Source of the DNA: Massalongia carnosa
Lineage: Eukaryota
Direction: 5' to 3'
DNA: 64,000 bases
Assembly: GCA_965645245.1 (NCBI GenBank)
Contig: OZ287069.1
Span: forward strand, 868,001-932,000
Shown here: positions 60,786-64,000 of the stretch, in pieces
How the letters are laid out: every line of letters begins with the position of its first letter
Position numbering within the stretch: position 1 is the first letter of the stretch
Made by a program: the position numbers and the translations under genes
The notes under the pieces: model-generated
Told to the model about the DNA's origin: nothing
Database searches by the model: none
What the model saw: the letters and a program-made list of their open reading frames with translations, nothing else

Positions 60786-62905
60786 TTAAGACTTCGACCT
60801 GCCTGCACCTATCGTCCCTAGGCTGCCGACACGCCCGCTAATCTTCCGAACGCCGCTCTTCACCTCCCTACTCTCAGCGCTTCGGCGCAAGGGGCTTGCT
60901 CGCATTTTACTGACGCCCAGCGTCCCGCTACCACTACCTGCCTTTACGCTTCCTGGAGTTTTCGGTCTTGTAATCCTTTCTACTGCTTGAGGGTCCTGGA
61001 CCCAGTTCTCAACATCTGAGGTCATATCCGAAGCCAAAGACTTGCCACCCGTCTCATCTGTAGTGCTGAAGCGTGTGCTGGTGGTCGTGGTCGTTGTGTA
61101 GCTGATAGCTCTTCTCTTCTCGCTACTGTTCGGAGAGTGAGAGCTTGTTCGACGACTTAGCATCCTTAGCTCCCACTCCTCTTCCTCGCCAGGGTTTCCG
61201 GTGTCCTGGTTCTTGCGATGGCTTCTCATCTCAACGACTTCAGTTTCTGGTTTCTCCACCGCGTTCTCAACACCGAAAGTGGCCGACGCGGCTCGCGAAT
61301 AAGGATGATGTCGAGCATCCATTCTACTTGTTTTCCTGGGTTGTCCCGGTGTTGGAGCTGGTAAGTTTTCATCCAGCGCATTGGTTGTTGGGCTTGCCTC
61401 GTTATGGTTAATCTCACCCAATGCTGACCTCTTCCCTTGTTGGCTTCCATTCGGCGGCGTGGCGGTCTGACCATTGATTGACTCATGCTTATGGCGCAAG
61501 ACTTTTGTGGGGGTTGATGGTAAGGCTAGTGCAAGCTTCTCCTTGATCGTATCCTCCCACCACCATTCGCGGAAAGTGCCCTGGTTGAGGTGTAGCCAAT
61601 GTTGCTGAGGGCCAACGACCATACCTGGTCTTATAAATCGCATATAAGCAATGATCTCGTTGGCTGTAAAGCCATAGCGGTAAATCAGATATGCCCCAAT
61701 CAAACATCCGGTTCTACCAAGGCCAGCTTTGCAGTGAACGGCAATCGCCCTGTTCTTCACCGTAATCATCTCATGAGAGAGCTTGATAAATTTCTTGACC
61801 ATGGGTAGTGGTGGGCAAGTGCCATCATCGAATATCATGTCCAGATGATTCATGCCAAGAGCGGTGAAGTATGTAGGTGAGTAAAGCTCGGAGTTCAACC
61901 GGACTACAACACCCACATTTCGTCTCGCAAAGTGATGGAGAACATTCTTAAATGGGCTTGGAATTGTCGACTTCTTCAGCGCCTGGGTGTTAGAGGGTAT
62001 AGTGGCGTATAATGGAGAAGTGGTTGGTATCGGAGTTATTGGTTCATGTTTTGGGGATGCGAGCGCAATGAAATGGGGGGTTATCCAGTTGAAATCTCCT
62101 TGATCTACTCGCTCATATCTCTCGTACCTTCGACTTAATTAGCGAAGTCTTTGTATACAATAAGTAGGGGAAATACTCTTCCAGGCTAAAATTCTTGAAC
62201 CCACACAGTCCTGCCTCCTTCGCTTTCCACACCCCATACACGACATCTTGGATGCCAATAACGAAGTCCGCTTGACTATATCCAGCATCTCGAAAAGGCA
62301 TCAGGGGGGGGTCCGCTTGCGCGATGGGGGCCAACGCCAAATGTGGTGGCCAGTTTTGTATGATAATCATGTAGCAAGCGAGTAAGCAAGCCGCGTTTGC
62401 TCTACTTCTCGAATCTGGCCTACTCCAAAATACCACGCCTCTCCCTTCATTGGCAGGGTCTCCCAGAACATCATGAAGCTGAACTGCGAAACGATAGAGA
62501 TGGCCGATGTGCAAAGGCCCAAAATCGGCATGAAAGCGATTGTATAGAAGGTCATCATCGACAGTGAAATAAACGGGAGGGTGCACTTTGGGGCCAGTCT
62601 GTCTGGAAGATGGAATCTGACCGCTATGTGATTTCGAAGAGCGCTTGTGGGAGGACTTCGCAGGCGACACAGGATATGGAAAAGGCGTGAATGCGGTGGG
62701 GGGCTGCGTGTACGAAGCCAGATATATGTGATCTAGTTTACGTATTAACGTCAGTATAGGGAAATATAAGTTCAAGTGTGATTTTAGTTATAAGACCTCT
62801 TTATGCTAATGCATAGGCTGTTTACATACTTTGGATATACTCGATTACCTGTCCATAGCTTGTCAAGGATGGAGGAGCAGGTACTCTTGCCGCAAGAGGC
62901 GGCAT
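60786..62905 (-). CDS. CDC14: Cdc14 dual-specificity phosphatase, 3 exons
   Basis: FHADFGPLH, PFRDAG, GDFNWIT, FDDGTCP, catalytic HCKAGLGRT and RPGMVVGPQQ. Confidence 0.97.
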
Positions 62906-63370
62906 ATTGATAACTGGTATGGGCAGTCGCAATGTACACCTTAAGCAGAGCTCGGCCAGTTGTAACTGGAGCTCTTTGAGGCGCTTTTGTAGCAGTTGCG
63001 ATGAGAATTGAGTAGGGGCGATGGAGCGGTTTTGGGTTTGTTGACGTCTGTCCGATTAGATTTAGGCAAAATCGTCGCCGACACAAATATTTGGGAGTCT
63101 AACAGTCTTCTAAGCTAATGCTTATAATGATAACAACGGTTTAAGAGAAAGTCGTGCTACTTTCGTATGTGACTGTTGACGTACTGATGTTTATTATGGA
63201 GGCTTGGATCCAACCAAGGGTTTTTACTCGTCTTTTTTTCGACGGCCACCCGCACCTTGAAAGTTGTTTGTTTAAAGTTAGCGCCGACTTACCGCAGCGC
63301 TAGTCGTTGGCTTGGCAACGTGCTGTGGCGTAGCTATCTTTTGCGACTTCAAGACCTCCAAGTCAGCAAA

Positions 63371-63829
63371 ATGACAGCTGATCCTGCATTCCCTTGTGCG
63401 TTGTACGTTCACACTGGATTCCGCAACCCACCATCAGCCGATTTAGCTAACTTCTTTAGATCCATATCAGTTCCCTTCCCAACCAACCGCCTAGCCTCCT
63501 CTGCGCTCCAAGCCCTTCAAGTCGACCCGGAACTTTCCCCATTTGTGCGCCGACACTTCTCTCTCCACGAAAAAAATACGCTCACAGAAGACTCTCACAA
63601 CACTGAAAATTGTGCTTCTAACCAGCAAAAAGAGCATGCGGAGCAATCCCAAAAGGATTTTGCAGACAATCAAAAAACTGTGCTACGAACCGAATACAAA
63701 GCGATGACCAACCGCACGCTGCGAGTAGCTGTCAACGGCTTCATGGAGAGTTTAGGGGTGGTGCTTCATGTGATAGAAGAGTTGGACGTTGACATATTGG
63801 CCGAAAACTTGCCAGCGCCGAAGACGTAA
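63371..63829 (+). CDS. PCC1: EKC/KEOPS complex subunit Pcc1; intron 63403-63459
   Basis: Spliced FPCALSISVPFPTNRLA..ALQVDPELS..VRR and Y.A.TNR.LRVAVNGF.ESL. Confidence 0.88.
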   Translation: MTADPAFPCALYVHTGFRNPPSADLANFFRSISVPFPTNRLASSALQALQVDPELSPFVRRHFSLHEKNTLTEDSHNTENCASNQQKEHAEQSQKDFADNQKTVLRTEYKAMTNRTLRVAVNGFMESLGVVLHVIEELDVDILAENLPAPKT

Positions 63830-64000
63830 GAGGGTTGGCTTACGTTGCTTCTAATGAGATTTCAGCATTTGCAAATATTAGGTATAGGAAACGATTCGAA
63901 ATATGGGTCGCAAAAATATTGGTTCGACTCATCATTTTATCTCGTCCTCGAAAATTGTTCAGGTGCAAAGCGCCTATGACCATTCATTAATACCTAAATA

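Noticed and set aside
1479..62905. Functional clustering (CWC22 + U6; Yox1-like + gamma-tubulin + CDC14)
   Set aside because: The genes are tens of kb apart with unrelated genes between them, and there is no evidence of a cluster.

Overview
This is eukaryotic DNA from a filamentous ascomycete (Pezizomycotina). A lichen-forming lineage is plausible but is only my inference. The genes have short GT-AG introns with CTRAC branch sites, so the supplied ORF track fragments most of them, and I re-spliced them by eye. Recognisable genes, in order: CWC22, DPM2, 6-phosphogluconolactonase, a DCAF8/DCAF6-like WD40 protein, a Yox1-like homeobox factor, an apparently pseudogenised OXNAD1-like oxidoreductase, a TPR-SET/MYND protein, gamma-tubulin, PMP3, a CFEM single-pass membrane protein, a small secreted beta/gamma-crystallin-like protein, an NmrA-like reductase, a U6 snRNA gene, a YAP-type bZIP factor, a group II-like G-alpha, a COX24/mS38-domain protein, VMA3, CDC14 and PCC1. 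There are also several hypothetical genes, a 5'-truncated Tad1-like LINE, and degenerate gene remnants. I see no convincing new multi-gene system. The most notable items are the U6 gene with a downstream B box, a CaaX motif completed by a 9-nt last exon, the OXNAD1 pseudogene, the divergent G-alpha and the secreted crystallin-like protein.
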